Below, piece after piece: positions 42,097 through 52,741 of a stretch of 64,000 nucleotides of DNA; the first letter of the stretch is position 1, and each line of letters starts with the position of its first letter. Position numbers and translations under genes: made by a program. This DNA is from Polyangiaceae bacterium (GTDB lineage Bacteria > Myxococcota_A > Polyangia > Polyangiales > Polyangiaceae). Below the pieces are notes generated by a model. That model saw only the letters and a list, made by a program, of their open reading frames with translations. It ran no database searches and had not been told where the DNA came from. Location: NCBI GenBank assembly GCA_965222375.1, contig CBDCTZ010000014.1:448001-512000 (forward strand), read 5' to 3'.

Positions 42097-43773
42097 ATGG
42101 CTGCGTCCGGTCGCATCCGGCGGCGCCTGGCGCTCGCGATCGTCATCACCGCGTTGATTCCGGTGCTGGTCGCCATATTTTTGGCTGACAGCATGGTGCG
42201 GCAGGCGGCATCGAAGTTCTTCGTGCCGGAGGTGGGTGCGCGATTGGACCAATCCCTGGGCCTGTACCAGGAGCTGGCTCGCACCATGAAGATGGCCATG
42301 CGCAACGCCACGGACGCTATCGCAGCGGACCAGGCATTGCGTGGCGCTGCTGTCGAAAAGAACGGTCCAGCTGTCCAGCGCGAGTTGGACCGAGCTTTCC
42401 CCAAGTACCCCAGCCTGGTTTCCTTGGAGGTCTTGGACGCCACGGGCAAGCGCTTGGCCTTTGCGGATCGCGGGCGCCCCGTGGATGAAGCGAAAGAAAA
42501 CAAGTTGGAGGTGGTTCGCCCGCTGGCGGAAGCGCCGCCCGAGGAGAGCGTCAAGGACGACCTGGGCTCCGACGAGCTCGACGACGAACTAGGCGACGAG
42601 ATCGACGAGATGGGGCCGGTGCCTCGACTCGTGGCGGTATTCGCCGCAGACAAGGCCCGCTTCGAAGAGTTGACGGAGATGAGCCAATTCGTCGACACCT
42701 ACAAGCAGGTGGAGCGCCGCAAAGACATGGATGAGCAATCCTATGTCTACGCCTTCGCAGCGTTGCTAGGCATCACCATCATCATGGCTGTTGGCGTGGG
42801 CACTCTACTGGCGCGTGGCGTATCGTCGCGTCTGGGAGGGCTTTCCGAGGCCACCACCAAGGTCGGCGCTGGCGATCTATCCATTCGTGTATCCGAGGAC
42901 GGCCATGACGAAATCTCGGATTTGGCCAAAGCCTTCAATCGCATGTTGGGTGAAGTCGAGACGAGCCGCGCGCGGATCGAGTATCTCCAGCGGATTGGAG
43001 CGTGGCAGGAGATGGCTCGGCGGCTGGCTCACGAGATCAAGAACCCTCTCACGCCCATCCAGCTAGCAGTTCAGGAAGTACATCGCCGCTACGACGGCTC
43101 CGACGAGCATTTTCAAAAGCTGATCGACACGACCCTAGAGATCGTAGAGGACGAGGTCGGCACCTTGCGGCGACTGGTGGGGGAGTTTTCGAACTTCGCT
43201 CGCCTGCCCCAGGCGGAGCTCGAGGAGCTCGACCTGCGCGCGCTGCTCGACGAGTGGAGCACGCACCTGGAGGTTGGCGATGAGGAAATCGGCGAGGCCG
43301 CCCTGGTGCCCCGGGGGGTGGAGCTCGCCTTCGAGCTGGAAACCGAGAACGCGCGCGTCTTTCTCGATCGGCAGATGTTCCGGCGGGTCGTGCTGAACCT
43401 CGTGCGCAACGGTGCCCAGGCCGTGGAAGCTCAGGGTCAAGAGGCTGGGAAGGTCGTGGTGCGCCTGAGCCGCTCTGGAGACGCGTTCTTGTTGGACGTC
43501 GACGACAGTGGCCCGGGTATTCCTCAGGATATGCGAGTGACTATCTTCGATCCCTACGTGACGACGAAGATGGAGGGTACGGGCTTGGGGCTCGCTATCG
43601 TCAAGAAGATCGTCGTGGAACACGGTGGAACCATCGTGGCCGACGGGAGCCCCCTGGGAGGCGCGCGGATGCGCGTGCGGTTGCCCGCCGCCGACAGCCC
43701 CGAAGGCAAGCAACTGCTCGAGGCACGCTCGCTGCCGTCGCCACCATCGTCCAGGAGAATGCCGGCGAGTTGA
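42097..43773 (+). CDS. HAMP-domain sensor histidine kinase (NtrY-like)
   Basis: Two TM helices, HAMP (DEISDLAKAFNRM), AWQEMARRLAHEIKNPLTPIQL, DDSGPGI, GTGLGLAIV. Confidence 0.93.
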   Translation: MAASGRIRRRLALAIVITALIPVLVAIFLADSMVRQAASKFFVPEVGARLDQSLGLYQELARTMKMAMRNATDAIAADQALRGAAVEKNGPAVQRELDRAFPKYPSLVSLEVLDATGKRLAFADRGRPVDEAKENKLEVVRPLAEAPPEESVKDDLGSDELDDELGDEIDEMGPVPRLVAVFAADKARFEELTEMSQFVDTYKQVERRKDMDEQSYVYAFAALLGITIIMAVGVGTLLARGVSSRLGGLSEATTKVGAGDLSIRVSEDGHDEISDLAKAFNRMLGEVETSRARIEYLQRIGAWQEMARRLAHEIKNPLTPIQLAVQEVHRRYDGSDEHFQKLIDTTLEIVEDEVGTLRRLVGEFSNFARLPQAELEELDLRALLDEWSTHLEVGDEEIGEAALVPRGVELAFELETENARVFLDRQMFRRVVLNLVRNGAQAVEAQGQEAGKVVVRLSRSGDAFLLDVDDSGPGIPQDMRVTIFDPYVTTKMEGTGLGLAIVKKIVVEHGGTIVADGSPLGGARMRVRLPAADSPEGKQLLEARSLPSPPSSRRMPAS

Positions 43774-43871
43774 GGCCCTAGGGCCGCAGCAAACGTCGCT
43801 GGCGCCCAGCAGGCGTTGCACTACAGTGCGGTCGTGGCAGTTTGCCACCCGAATTCGAAACCCACGCAGCC

Positions 43872-44420
43872 ATGCCCGAAAAGCGCAAACCGACCCAGAA
43901 CCCACGCCAAGCGTGGATCACCTTGGCCATGGTGATCGTGGTCAGCGGGCTGTTCGGGTTGATCGTATTGCCACGCATTGGAGGCAAGGCGAGCAAGCTG
44001 GAGGGACTCAGCGCGCCGGACTTCGCCTTGGAAGTCATTCACGGCGGTGAGGCGGGCAATCGCATTCGGCTCTCAGATCTGCGTGGCAAGCCAGTCGTCA
44101 TCGACTTTTGGGCGAGCTGGTGCATTCCCTGCAAGAAGCAGATCCCGATCCTCGATCAATTTGCGAAGGCAAACACGGACGTTCATGTCTTGGGAGTCAA
44201 TACTGATGACCGCCGGCCGGACGCCGTGGCTTTTGCCAGATCCAAGGCGCTCTCCTATCCGGCGGTCTTCGACGAATCGGCCAAGGCAGCGACGGCCTAC
44301 GGCGTGCGTGGTTTGCCCACCATGGTCGTGGTCAGTGCCAAGGGGCAGATCGTCGCGGTACGCAGCCGCGTCGTTCCTCGGGAAGAAATCGAGGCCCTCG
44401 TCGCCTCTGCGGCGCCCTGA
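43872..44420 (+). CDS. TlpA/ResA-family thiol-disulfide oxidoreductase
   Basis: N-terminal TM, APDFAL, DFWASWCIPC, YGVRGLPT. Confidence 0.92.
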   Translation: MPEKRKPTQNPRQAWITLAMVIVVSGLFGLIVLPRIGGKASKLEGLSAPDFALEVIHGGEAGNRIRLSDLRGKPVVIDFWASWCIPCKKQIPILDQFAKANTDVHVLGVNTDDRRPDAVAFARSKALSYPAVFDESAKAATAYGVRGLPTMVVVSAKGQIVAVRSRVVPREEIEALVASAAP

Positions 44421-44464
44421 CGTCGACTCGCTTGGCTGCCTGCTGCGTGCTATGACTTGGCGTC

Positions 44465-44866
44465 ATGGAGCCATGCATTCAGAGCTTTGACGAGTTTTGG
44501 CCGTTCTACGTGTGTGAGCACAAGAAGAAGCTCACCCGTCAGTTGCACTTCGTCGGCACGACCTTGGCGCTTTCCGCGGTCGCTGGCGGATTGGCAACGC
44601 GCCACAAGTGGCTGCTCGCCGTCGCTCCTGTCGTGGGTTACGGGCCCGCATGGTTTTCTCATTTCGTGATCGAGAAGAACCGACCCGCCACCTTCAAGTA
44701 CCCGAAGTGGAGCCTGATGGCGGATTTCATCATGTGGGGCAAGATGCTCGCCGGGACCATGGACGAAGAGGTCGAGCAGATCCTCAAGATCGTCGACGAC
44801 GAGCCCGCCCCCGAGTCGGAGCCGGAGATCCGGCCCAATATGGCGACTGACGGCACGCTGAATTAG
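44465..44866 (+). CDS. DUF962 (Mpo1-like) family protein
   Basis: FWPFYVCEH, LHFVGT, GYGPAWFSHFVIEKNRPATFKYP. Confidence 0.9.
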   Translation: MEPCIQSFDEFWPFYVCEHKKKLTRQLHFVGTTLALSAVAGGLATRHKWLLAVAPVVGYGPAWFSHFVIEKNRPATFKYPKWSLMADFIMWGKMLAGTMDEEVEQILKIVDDEPAPESEPEIRPNMATDGTLN

Positions 44867-44946
44867 CCAGCGTCGGGCATCCTGTTTCACTTCCGAGCCG
44901 CACGTGCGCGCGCGAGGCACGCACCGGTGCGGATATGGGTCAGAGG

Positions 44947-45178
44947 AGAGTGAACCGGAAGGAAAGGAAGGGGGGAAGGGCAGAGAGAGGTTTTTGGGTT
45001 TCGCGTCCTTGGGCGGCGAAGGGGCTCGCATCTCGCCGTGGGTCGGGCTTGGCGCTGGACTTCCGTCGTCGGCTGAACGGCAGGCGTGAGACTAGGTTAG
45101 GTTCCTTTACGAGGAGCACCAGACCCGAACAGACCCAAACCCTCTTCCTTCCCAACCTTCCCGCCTCCTGTTCACTCT
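44947..45178. mobile_element. MITE/REP-like non-coding element with long imperfect terminal inverted repeats
   Basis: Left arm agagtgaaccggaaggaaaggaag...tttgggt; right arm acccaaaccctcttccttcccaaccttcccgcctcctgttcactct; lies between convergent genes. Confidence 0.6.
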
Positions 45179-45221
45179 TGGAAGCGAGCCAGCTCGGGAA
45201 GAGTGGTGCTGGCTGCAGGTC

Positions 45222-47798
45222 CTAGGGTGCGAGCTCGGCGGCGCTGCGGGGGAGCAGTTTGAAGTCCTTGAATGAGTAGGTCAGCACGCCGGTGATCTTC
45301 GAAAAGGGTGTGCCCACGGCGTAGGTGTTGTCCATCGCGTCGTAGATCTCGTCATCGATGCGTAGGTTCCCGGTGACCGTGAACTCGTCGAAGTCCTTGG
45401 GCGAATCTGGGTTCATGATCGTGACCTTGACGCCGCTCACGCTCAGCAACATCGACTCATAACCCTCAGCCATGCTGCCACCCGTCGCGATGTCTGCAGG
45501 ATTGCTGATGGCGATGGGGCCGAAGGGCAGCGTGGTGCCCGGATTGGTCACGGTGATCGTGGGACTGCTGACTTCGGAGAAGTCGAAGAACTCCTCGTAG
45601 GTGCCGGTCACCGTGACCTCATTACCGACGCTCACGCCGGGATCGGAACCTTTGGTGAAGATGAAGATGCCACTGAAGGGCTTGAGGGAGGTGTCCTGTG
45701 CGTAGAAGCCTCGGTCTCCACTCGAGAGGGGGCGCACGGCGGTGACATAGAGCCCCGTCAGCGTGACCGTACTTCCCTCCTTGGGATGATTGGGGTGAGC
45801 CGGGTTGCGCACGGCCTCGACGGAAAGTGCGCAGGCGACGAAGGCTGGGTTCTTCTCTGCGCAGGTGTCGCAGGCATCGCCCTTGCCGTCCTGATCCTTG
45901 TCCAACTGCATTCCGTTGTGTGTGTCCGGGCAGTTGTCGACGCCGTTTGACCAACCGTCGCCGTCGATATCGGCAAAGTCCTTCGGGGTGCAGGCGTCGG
46001 TCGCGTCCTGCGGGCATGGATCGCACGCGTCGCCCTTGTTGTCTGCGTCTGCGTCGCCCTGCTTGCCTTGATCCATGGGGCGAACGGGGTTGAAGACTTT
46101 GGGGCAGTTGTCCGTGCTGTCGTCGATGCCATCGCCGTCGGCGTCGGTGGCGCTGGGCACGCCGGTGTACTCCGTAGGTCGGGAGGGGACGCAGGTGGGC
46201 TCGATCGGCGGCGGGCCGCCGCAGGTGAACAGCGGTGCGAATCCCTCCGCGATGCTCTTGATGGTTGCAAGCGCGACGCCGGTGTCGGCCTGAGCACAAA
46301 CTTTCTTCTGAGCACCGCAAACATCCAGCGGTTCGCATGCCGCTGCGCCTAGTTCGGGTGCCGATATGAGGGCGCTGTCTCCATATAGGACTTTGCCACC
46401 CCGCATGACGAGGGCAACGTCCTTGGCTTCAGCGGCTATGACTGCGCGGTGGTCTTTGTTGGTGCTGCCATCGAAGATGGCGATGTCGGCCACATAGCTA
46501 GGTTTGAGCATGCCTAGGCCACGCTCAATGCCCGCTGCCAAGGCACCATTCGTGGTCACCATTTCCCACAGCCGATAGTCTGAGAAATGGCTGTCATAGT
46601 GCGTCTTGTTGAGGTAGTCGGCGCAGGCTAACTCCCGGGATAGATTCAGTGACCCCGAGAGCAACCAGTCGGTGCCAAGAGCAATGCCCACGCCCTGCGC
46701 CGCGAGGTTGGTTATCGGGGCAGTATTCCCGTAGAGCGATACATTCGAGCGAGGAGACCAAACTACCCACGCGCTTTCGGTGGCGATCTCTGCGACCTCC
46801 TTCGGAGATACGGCGATGGCGTGGACGATGGCGGTTTGCGGTTCTACGACGTCGAGGCTGCCTGCAGTGGTGCAGGTCATCTCGTTGCGGGCCGCCTGGC
46901 TGATTCCCTCGGAGATGTGAGGGGAGTAGCCGTCCAGACCTACGATGTCAGCAGCAGTCGTCGCCTTGCTGCCGTAGTTGCAGCCGGAGTCCTTCAGCGT
47001 TCCCGAGGCATCGTTGAGTGGAAATGTGTCCGAGTCCACCGTCTGTGCAGCTAGTCCCTCCTTGTTCGAGGTATCCAGGTTGCGCAGGAGTCCTTTTTGA
47101 CCACCTGCGCTGATGGCACTGGTTACTCCGCCCATCAAGAAGCGTAGCTCTGCACCGAGGACCGCATCTTTCGGTGCGCCACTCTTGTACTTGATTTCGG
47201 GCTTGCTGTTCGCTCCCGTGCGCCACTCGTGTCGGTGTGTATAGCGCTCGCTGCCGTCGACCGGCTTGTTGTGCGCGTAGGTGATATGATCATGCGCATT
47301 GATCAAGCCCGGAGAGATCACGCCATTCGCACAAGTCACCGTCGTGGAGTTCGCCGCTGATGCCGAGCAGTCGCAGGCCACGCACGTGATGTTGCCATTC
47401 GCGTCAACCGTTACTTCGCCACCGCGGTAGATCTTCTGGGGCGCAAGCACCGTTCCAACCAGACGCAACCCCTGTGTGCCCGGTGTGGTGACTTCACACA
47501 CGCCCGACGCGGGAGGAGTCAGCGTCTTCTGACAGTCCACGACCTCGAGCTTGGTGCCGGGACCCATGCCGCCCTCGCCGCCCATGCCGCCGGCGCCGCC
47601 GGTCGCGCCGGCTTGGCCGCCTTGGCCCGCTCCCCCGAGGCCGCTGTCCGCGGCCCCAATGCCACCCAACCCACCAGTGCCCCCGAACGCTCCAGCGCCA
47701 CCAGTATTGCCGCCGGTGTCGTCACTGCCACATCCAACGAAGGAGATGGCGGCCAAAGATACGAGGGTTGAACCAAGGGCGAGAGCGAATCGTTTCAT
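45222..47798 (-). CDS. Amidohydrolase-family lipoprotein with TSP3 repeats and C-terminal OB-fold-like domain
   Basis: Lipobox FVGC; PGLINAHDH, PHISEG, LGTDW; DADGDGIDDSTDNCP repeats; GFYAQD...SGIFIF, YESMLL, KLLPR. Confidence 0.85.
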   Translation of the reverse strand: MKRFALALGSTLVSLAAISFVGCGSDDTGGNTGGAGAFGGTGGLGGIGAADSGLGGAGQGGQAGATGGAGGMGGEGGMGPGTKLEVVDCQKTLTPPASGVCEVTTPGTQGLRLVGTVLAPQKIYRGGEVTVDANGNITCVACDCSASAANSTTVTCANGVISPGLINAHDHITYAHNKPVDGSERYTHRHEWRTGANSKPEIKYKSGAPKDAVLGAELRFLMGGVTSAISAGGQKGLLRNLDTSNKEGLAAQTVDSDTFPLNDASGTLKDSGCNYGSKATTAADIVGLDGYSPHISEGISQAARNEMTCTTAGSLDVVEPQTAIVHAIAVSPKEVAEIATESAWVVWSPRSNVSLYGNTAPITNLAAQGVGIALGTDWLLSGSLNLSRELACADYLNKTHYDSHFSDYRLWEMVTTNGALAAGIERGLGMLKPSYVADIAIFDGSTNKDHRAVIAAEAKDVALVMRGGKVLYGDSALISAPELGAAACEPLDVCGAQKKVCAQADTGVALATIKSIAEGFAPLFTCGGPPPIEPTCVPSRPTEYTGVPSATDADGDGIDDSTDNCPKVFNPVRPMDQGKQGDADADNKGDACDPCPQDATDACTPKDFADIDGDGWSNGVDNCPDTHNGMQLDKDQDGKGDACDTCAEKNPAFVACALSVEAVRNPAHPNHPKEGSTVTLTGLYVTAVRPLSSGDRGFYAQDTSLKPFSGIFIFTKGSDPGVSVGNEVTVTGTYEEFFDFSEVSSPTITVTNPGTTLPFGPIAISNPADIATGGSMAEGYESMLLSVSGVKVTIMNPDSPKDFDEFTVTGNLRIDDEIYDAMDNTYAVGTPFSKITGVLTYSFKDFKLLPRSAAELAP

Positions 47799-47939
47799 GC
47801 ATGGGCTCCTGAAGCGGCCGGGAGTGTTCCATGCTCTGTCGCCCAGCGCCCGCCCGAGTTGCGTTTTTTGCGCGTCTTTTTGCCCCGAGAGCGACTTCTA
47901 TTTGGGTTTTTCCCGAAATTCTCACTAGAACGCCGGCAA

Positions 47940-48800
47940 ATGGGATCCGGGCTCAGTCACGCAGCGTTGCTTGGATTCCTTCAGGGGCTGACCGAATTCC
48001 TCCCGGTCTCCAGTTCCGGGCACCTGGCCGTGGCGGGCATGGTCTTCGATGTGAAGGAAGGCGGGCTGACCCTCAGCGTGATGCTGCACGCCGGGACCCT
48101 CCTGGCAACGCTACTCGTGCTCTGGCGCCGCATCGCACCCGCCGTCGTCGACGGTGTGGGCGCTCTGGGTCGTCCGAGTCGCTTCAAGGAGTCCGAAGGT
48201 GGGAGAGATGCCCTCGTCGTGATCGTCGCGTCGGTGCCTACTGCGGCGATCGGACTGCTCGCCCGGGACGCGGTGGAGCGCTACACGGGGTCTCCATTCG
48301 TCGTCGGGCTCGGTTTCCTGATGACGACCGTCCTGCTGCTCTCGACGCGATGGGTCAAGCCCGGCAAGCGTGAGAGTCCCAGCATCGGCGCCGCGTTTCT
48401 ACTCGGTCTAGTTCAGGGCATCGCCGTTCTGCCCGGCGTGTCTCGCAGCGGCTCGACCATTGCGTTCGCGCTCTGGCTCAAGGTGCGTCCTGACCGCGCC
48501 TTCGACTTGTCGATGCTCATGTCTTTGCCTGTCGTTTTTGGCGCTGTGCTGCTGGAGGCGCGTCACCTCTCGGCGGCGTCGGGAGGGCTTGCGGTGGCAG
48601 GCGTGGGGGCGGTGGTTGCGTTCGGGGTGGGCGTCGTGGCCATCTTGGTCTTGAGGCGAGTCGTCGTGCGCGGGCATTTCTCCTTGTTTGCTTTGTGGGT
48701 GTTTCCACTGGCACTAGCGACCTTGGCCATGAGCAAGTCTTGGCCCGTGCCCGCAGAAAAGCAGGTTCGCACGAGCTGTGCGGCCCGTATCACCGGTTGA
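47940..48800 (+). CDS. uppP: Undecaprenyl-diphosphate phosphatase
   Basis: LQGLTEFLPVSSSGHL and PGVSRSGSTI. Confidence 0.95.
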   Translation: MGSGLSHAALLGFLQGLTEFLPVSSSGHLAVAGMVFDVKEGGLTLSVMLHAGTLLATLLVLWRRIAPAVVDGVGALGRPSRFKESEGGRDALVVIVASVPTAAIGLLARDAVERYTGSPFVVGLGFLMTTVLLLSTRWVKPGKRESPSIGAAFLLGLVQGIAVLPGVSRSGSTIAFALWLKVRPDRAFDLSMLMSLPVVFGAVLLEARHLSAASGGLAVAGVGAVVAFGVGVVAILVLRRVVVRGHFSLFALWVFPLALATLAMSKSWPVPAEKQVRTSCAARITG

Positions 48801-48833
48801 GTGCACGCGCAGGCCGTGGCAAGGGTTTCGAAG

Positions 48834-49928
48834 ATGACCGCGGAAGCCCACGTTTATTCGGTGATTCTTGCGGGCGGCAGCGGCACGCGCTTCTGGCCCG
48901 CGTCTAGGACCCAGCGGCCGAAGCAGCTGCTCGCACTGGGGCCAAGTGACGAAAGCCTGATGCGGGAGACCGTGCGCCGCGTTGCTCCACTCAGTCCCTC
49001 CGAACGAGTCCTGATTGCTACGGGTCAGCGTCTGCTCGACGCGACCCGGAAGGCGCTGCCGGAGCTGCCGGAGAGTGCCTTCCTCGGCGAACCCCAGGCC
49101 AAGAACACGGCGCCGTGCATTGGTTGGGCGGCGGCGATGGCGCATCGACGCGATCCTGATGCGGTTGTGATGGTGCTTCCGAGTGATCAACACGTCGGTG
49201 ACGAAGTGGCGTTTCTGAGTGCGCTGCGTCGTGCCCTGGCGTCGGCGCGGACCGGCGTGATCACCACCGTCGGCATTCAGCCAACTCGCCCCGAAACCGG
49301 GTACGGCTACATCGAAGTGGGCGACACCGTTGCCGAGGGTGTCGCCCAGGTCGTGCGCTTTGTCGAGAAGCCGGACCCGCCAAAGGCGCAGGAGTACCTC
49401 CGAAGCGGGCGCTACGTGTGGAATAGCGGGATGTTCTTTTTTCGTGCCCAGGACATGCTCCAGGCCCTCGAGCAGCACGCCCCAGAGATCAGCTCGGGCC
49501 TCAGAGCCATTGAAGCGGCGGAAGGCAAAGGGGCCGACGCCGAATCTGCCGCCGTCAAAGAAGCATTCGAACAGTTTCCATCCATCAGTATCGATTACGC
49601 AGTCATGGAGCGCGCCGAGCGGCTTCACGTCGTGCCGGCGGATTTCGGCTGGAGCGACCTTGGCAGCTGGCAGAGCGCCTGGGAACTGTCCGAGAAAGAC
49701 GAAGCAGGGAATGCCGTGCCAACCGGCACGGTGCTGGTCGATGCTCGGGGCAATCTCGTGAGCACGTCCGCGGGCGCCGACGCCAAGCTCGTCGCCCTCG
49801 TCGGTGTTGAAGGTCTTGCCGTCGTGGATACGGGCGACGCGCTTCTGGTGATGCCCCGAGAGCGTTCCCAAGATGTCCGCGCTGTGGTGGACGCATTGAA
49901 AGCCGCTGGCCGCTCTGAGCTGTTATGA
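48834..49928 (+). CDS. manC: Mannose-1-phosphate guanylyltransferase
   Basis: ILAGGSGTRFWPASR, KNTAPC, PETGYGYI, FVEKP, SIDYAVME, WSDLGSW. Confidence 0.95.
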   Translation: MTAEAHVYSVILAGGSGTRFWPASRTQRPKQLLALGPSDESLMRETVRRVAPLSPSERVLIATGQRLLDATRKALPELPESAFLGEPQAKNTAPCIGWAAAMAHRRDPDAVVMVLPSDQHVGDEVAFLSALRRALASARTGVITTVGIQPTRPETGYGYIEVGDTVAEGVAQVVRFVEKPDPPKAQEYLRSGRYVWNSGMFFFRAQDMLQALEQHAPEISSGLRAIEAAEGKGADAESAAVKEAFEQFPSISIDYAVMERAERLHVVPADFGWSDLGSWQSAWELSEKDEAGNAVPTGTVLVDARGNLVSTSAGADAKLVALVGVEGLAVVDTGDALLVMPRERSQDVRAVVDALKAAGRSELL

Positions 49929-50022
49929 ATGGCCGGGAGCGGTCTGTTGCCCTACGAATTTGCAAGCCTCTGGTCTTTCAGCCGTCACAAAGGTAGTAGT
50001 TCCCCGTCCCAAGGAGTGACCG

Positions 50023-50460
50023 ATGCGTCGTGCCGTTGCCCTGCTCATACCGCTCTTTGCCCTGACCTTCACGGGCTGCGGTAAGATCAAAAAAACCAAG
50101 GAGTGTGCCGCTTTCATCGACAAAGTGAACGCTTCTTTGAAGGTCATCGAACAGCACACGAATACCGCGGGCAAGGACGACGCCAAGGCCGTGGCGGACA
50201 TGAAGAAGCTGGGAGAGCTGTACGAGACCCTAGCAAAGGACGTGGGTGGAATCGAAATCACCACCGCCGATCTGAAGACCCACGTGGGCGAATACCAGAC
50301 CATGGCGACGAAGGCGGCAGCTGCTGCGCGCCAGGTCGCGGATGCCATCGAGACGAAGAATCCGGAAAAAGCCGACAAGGCTCAGAAAGAGTTCGACAGC
50401 ATCGTCAAGCAGGAGGACGAGCTGGTGAACAAGATCAACACGTACTGCCAGGCGCCCTGA
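50023..50460 (+). CDS. Small helical lipoprotein
   Basis: Lipobox FTGC, Ala/Lys-rich helical body, Cys near both ends. Confidence 0.8.
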   Translation: MRRAVALLIPLFALTFTGCGKIKKTKECAAFIDKVNASLKVIEQHTNTAGKDDAKAVADMKKLGELYETLAKDVGGIEITTADLKTHVGEYQTMATKAAAAARQVADAIETKNPEKADKAQKEFDSIVKQEDELVNKINTYCQAP

Positions 50461-50505
50461 GAGCGGCACAGCCTTGCGACTGGCTCGGTACACGCGGCGG
50501 GACCA

Positions 50506-52590
50506 CTAGCGTCGACGCCGGGGGCGACTGGACCTACGCAGCTTGGGCTTCGTGGACGGAGTGCTGACCGTAGACTGCCCCGATTCGCCCTGGAGCTTTC
50601 TTAGCTCGTCCCGCAGATGCGCTGCGGTCTCGAACTCCAGGTTCTCCGCGGCTGCAAACATCTGTTGCCTGAGGGATTCGGTTTGCTCCGCAAGGAGCGC
50701 AGCGGCATCCGCCGTATCGGCCGTTGCCGGCGCGCGCTTCTTGGCTCCGTCGCGGGGCCCCCTAGGCACTGCGTAGTAGTCCGTCGTACCGCTGGCGGGA
50801 TTGATATCCAAAATCGCGCGCCGCACGGTCTGCGGAGTGATGCCGTGTTTTTCGTTGTACGCCTTCTGTAATCCACGCCGCCGATTGGTTTCGTCGATGG
50901 CGTACTTCATCGCGTCGGTAGTGCGGTCCGCATACATGAGCACGCGGCCCTCGACGTTGCGCGCGGCGCGGCCGATCGTCTGGATCAGTGAACGGGGGCT
51001 GCGTAGAAAGCCTTCCTTGTCAGCATCCAAGATCCCAACCAGGCTGACTTCGGGTAGGTCCAAGCCCTCGCGCAGGAGGTTGATCCCGACGAGCACGTCG
51101 TATTCACCAGCGCGCAGGTCTCGCAATAGGTCGATTCGGTCCAAGGTATCGACATCCGAGTGTAGGTAACGAACGCGAATGCCCAACTCCGCGTAGTACT
51201 CGGTCAAGTCTTCGGCCATGCGTTTGGTCAGCGTCGTGACGAGCACCCGCTCGTCCTTTTCGACGCGTTTGCGGATTTCTCCGAGCAGGTCATCCACCTG
51301 GCCGGCAACGGGGCGGACCTCGATTTCCGGATCGAGCAGCCCTGTAGGTCGGATCAGCTGTTCGATCACGACGCCGTCACATTTTTCGACCTCGAAGGTG
51401 CCCGGTGTGGCGGAAACGAAGACAGTGCGCCGCATGTACTTCTCGAACTCTTCGAACTTCAAGGGTCGGTTGTCCAAAGCGCTGGGTAGGCGAAAGCCGA
51501 AGTCGACCAAGGTTTCCTTGCGCGAGCGATCTCCGCGGAACATGGCGCCAACCTGGGGCACCGTCTGGTGCGACTCGTCGAGGATGAGCAGGAAGTTCTC
51601 GGGAAAGTAGTCGATGAGGGTCGGGGGCGGCTCGTCGGGCTGACGCCCGGACAAATGCCGCGAGTAGTTTTCGATGCCCTGCACGAACCCCATCTGTTCG
51701 AGCATCTCCAAGTCGTAGGAGGTGCGCTGTTCGATGCGCTGCTTCTCCAAGAAACGCACTTCCTTGTCGAAGTACTCCAGGCGCTCCTTCAACTCGGCTC
51801 GGATGGCGTTGATTGAGCGCTGCAGCTGCTGTCGAGGAGTCACGTAGTGGGAGCCGGGGAATACGGCGTACTTGTCCAACTCCGAGAGCACGCGGCCACG
51901 GACTGGGTCCACCTCCGAAATGGAGTCGACCTCGTCCCCGAAGAACTCCACCCGAATTGCGGTCTTGTCCTCATAGACGGGGAAGATCTCTACGACGTCT
52001 CCGCGCACTCGAAAGGTGCCGCGATGGAAGTCCGTGTCGTTGCGCTCGTATTGGATGTCCACCAGGCGCCGAAGCAGGTTGTCACGTCGTAGCTCTTCGC
52101 CCTTCTGGATTTCGATCAGCAGCCCCTCGTAGGTTTCAGCCGAGCCGATGCCGTAGATGCAGCTCACGCTGGCGACGATGATCACATCCGAGCGCGACAG
52201 CAGGGCCTGCGTTGCCGCGTGCCGCATCCGGTCGATCTGGTCGTTGATGATCGCATCTTTGTCGATAAAGGTGTCAGTGTTCGGAATGTAGGCTTCTGGT
52301 TGGTAGTAGTCGTAGTAGCTGACGAAGTAGTGGCAGGCGTTGTCTGGGAAGAGATCTCGCATTTCCCCGTACAGCTGCGCCGCCAGGGTCTTGTTCGGCG
52401 CCATGATGAGCGTCGGCACCTGCATTTTCTGGATGACGTTCGCGATTGTGAACGTCTTGCCGCTTCCCGTAATGCCCAGCAGCGTCTGGTAGCGCTCACC
52501 GGCTTCGAGGCCTTTGATCAGTGCTTCAATCGCCTGGGGCTGATCACCCTTGGGCTGGAAGTCACTGCGAAGTTGAAACGGACGGGGCAC
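50506..52590 (-). CDS. uvrB: Excinuclease ABC subunit B
   Basis: [49 protein letters not shown]-terminal UVR domain. Confidence 0.98.
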   Translation of the reverse strand: MPRPFQLRSDFQPKGDQPQAIEALIKGLEAGERYQTLLGITGSGKTFTIANVIQKMQVPTLIMAPNKTLAAQLYGEMRDLFPDNACHYFVSYYDYYQPEAYIPNTDTFIDKDAIINDQIDRMRHAATQALLSRSDVIIVASVSCIYGIGSAETYEGLLIEIQKGEELRRDNLLRRLVDIQYERNDTDFHRGTFRVRGDVVEIFPVYEDKTAIRVEFFGDEVDSISEVDPVRGRVLSELDKYAVFPGSHYVTPRQQLQRSINAIRAELKERLEYFDKEVRFLEKQRIEQRTSYDLEMLEQMGFVQGIENYSRHLSGRQPDEPPPTLIDYFPENFLLILDESHQTVPQVGAMFRGDRSRKETLVDFGFRLPSALDNRPLKFEEFEKYMRRTVFVSATPGTFEVEKCDGVVIEQLIRPTGLLDPEIEVRPVAGQVDDLLGEIRKRVEKDERVLVTTLTKRMAEDLTEYYAELGIRVRYLHSDVDTLDRIDLLRDLRAGEYDVLVGINLLREGLDLPEVSLVGILDADKEGFLRSPRSLIQTIGRAARNVEGRVLMYADRTTDAMKYAIDETNRRRGLQKAYNEKHGITPQTVRRAILDINPASGTTDYYAVPRGPRDGAKKRAPATADTADAAALLAEQTESLRQQMFAAAENLEFETAAHLRDELRKLQGESGQSTVSTPSTKPKLRRSSRPRRRR

Positions 52591-52741
52591 GGACAGCCCA
52601 CATCTTTTGGGAAAGCTGGTCCCTTTTCAAGCGCGCCGGAGCGACTTTGTGGTGTGCCCCGCCAACCCCGGGGCAGGGGCTGGGATATCTGCGAATTCAG
52701 ATACTTGGGGCATGGCCGAAGGGAGCGGTTAGACTGCTGAG

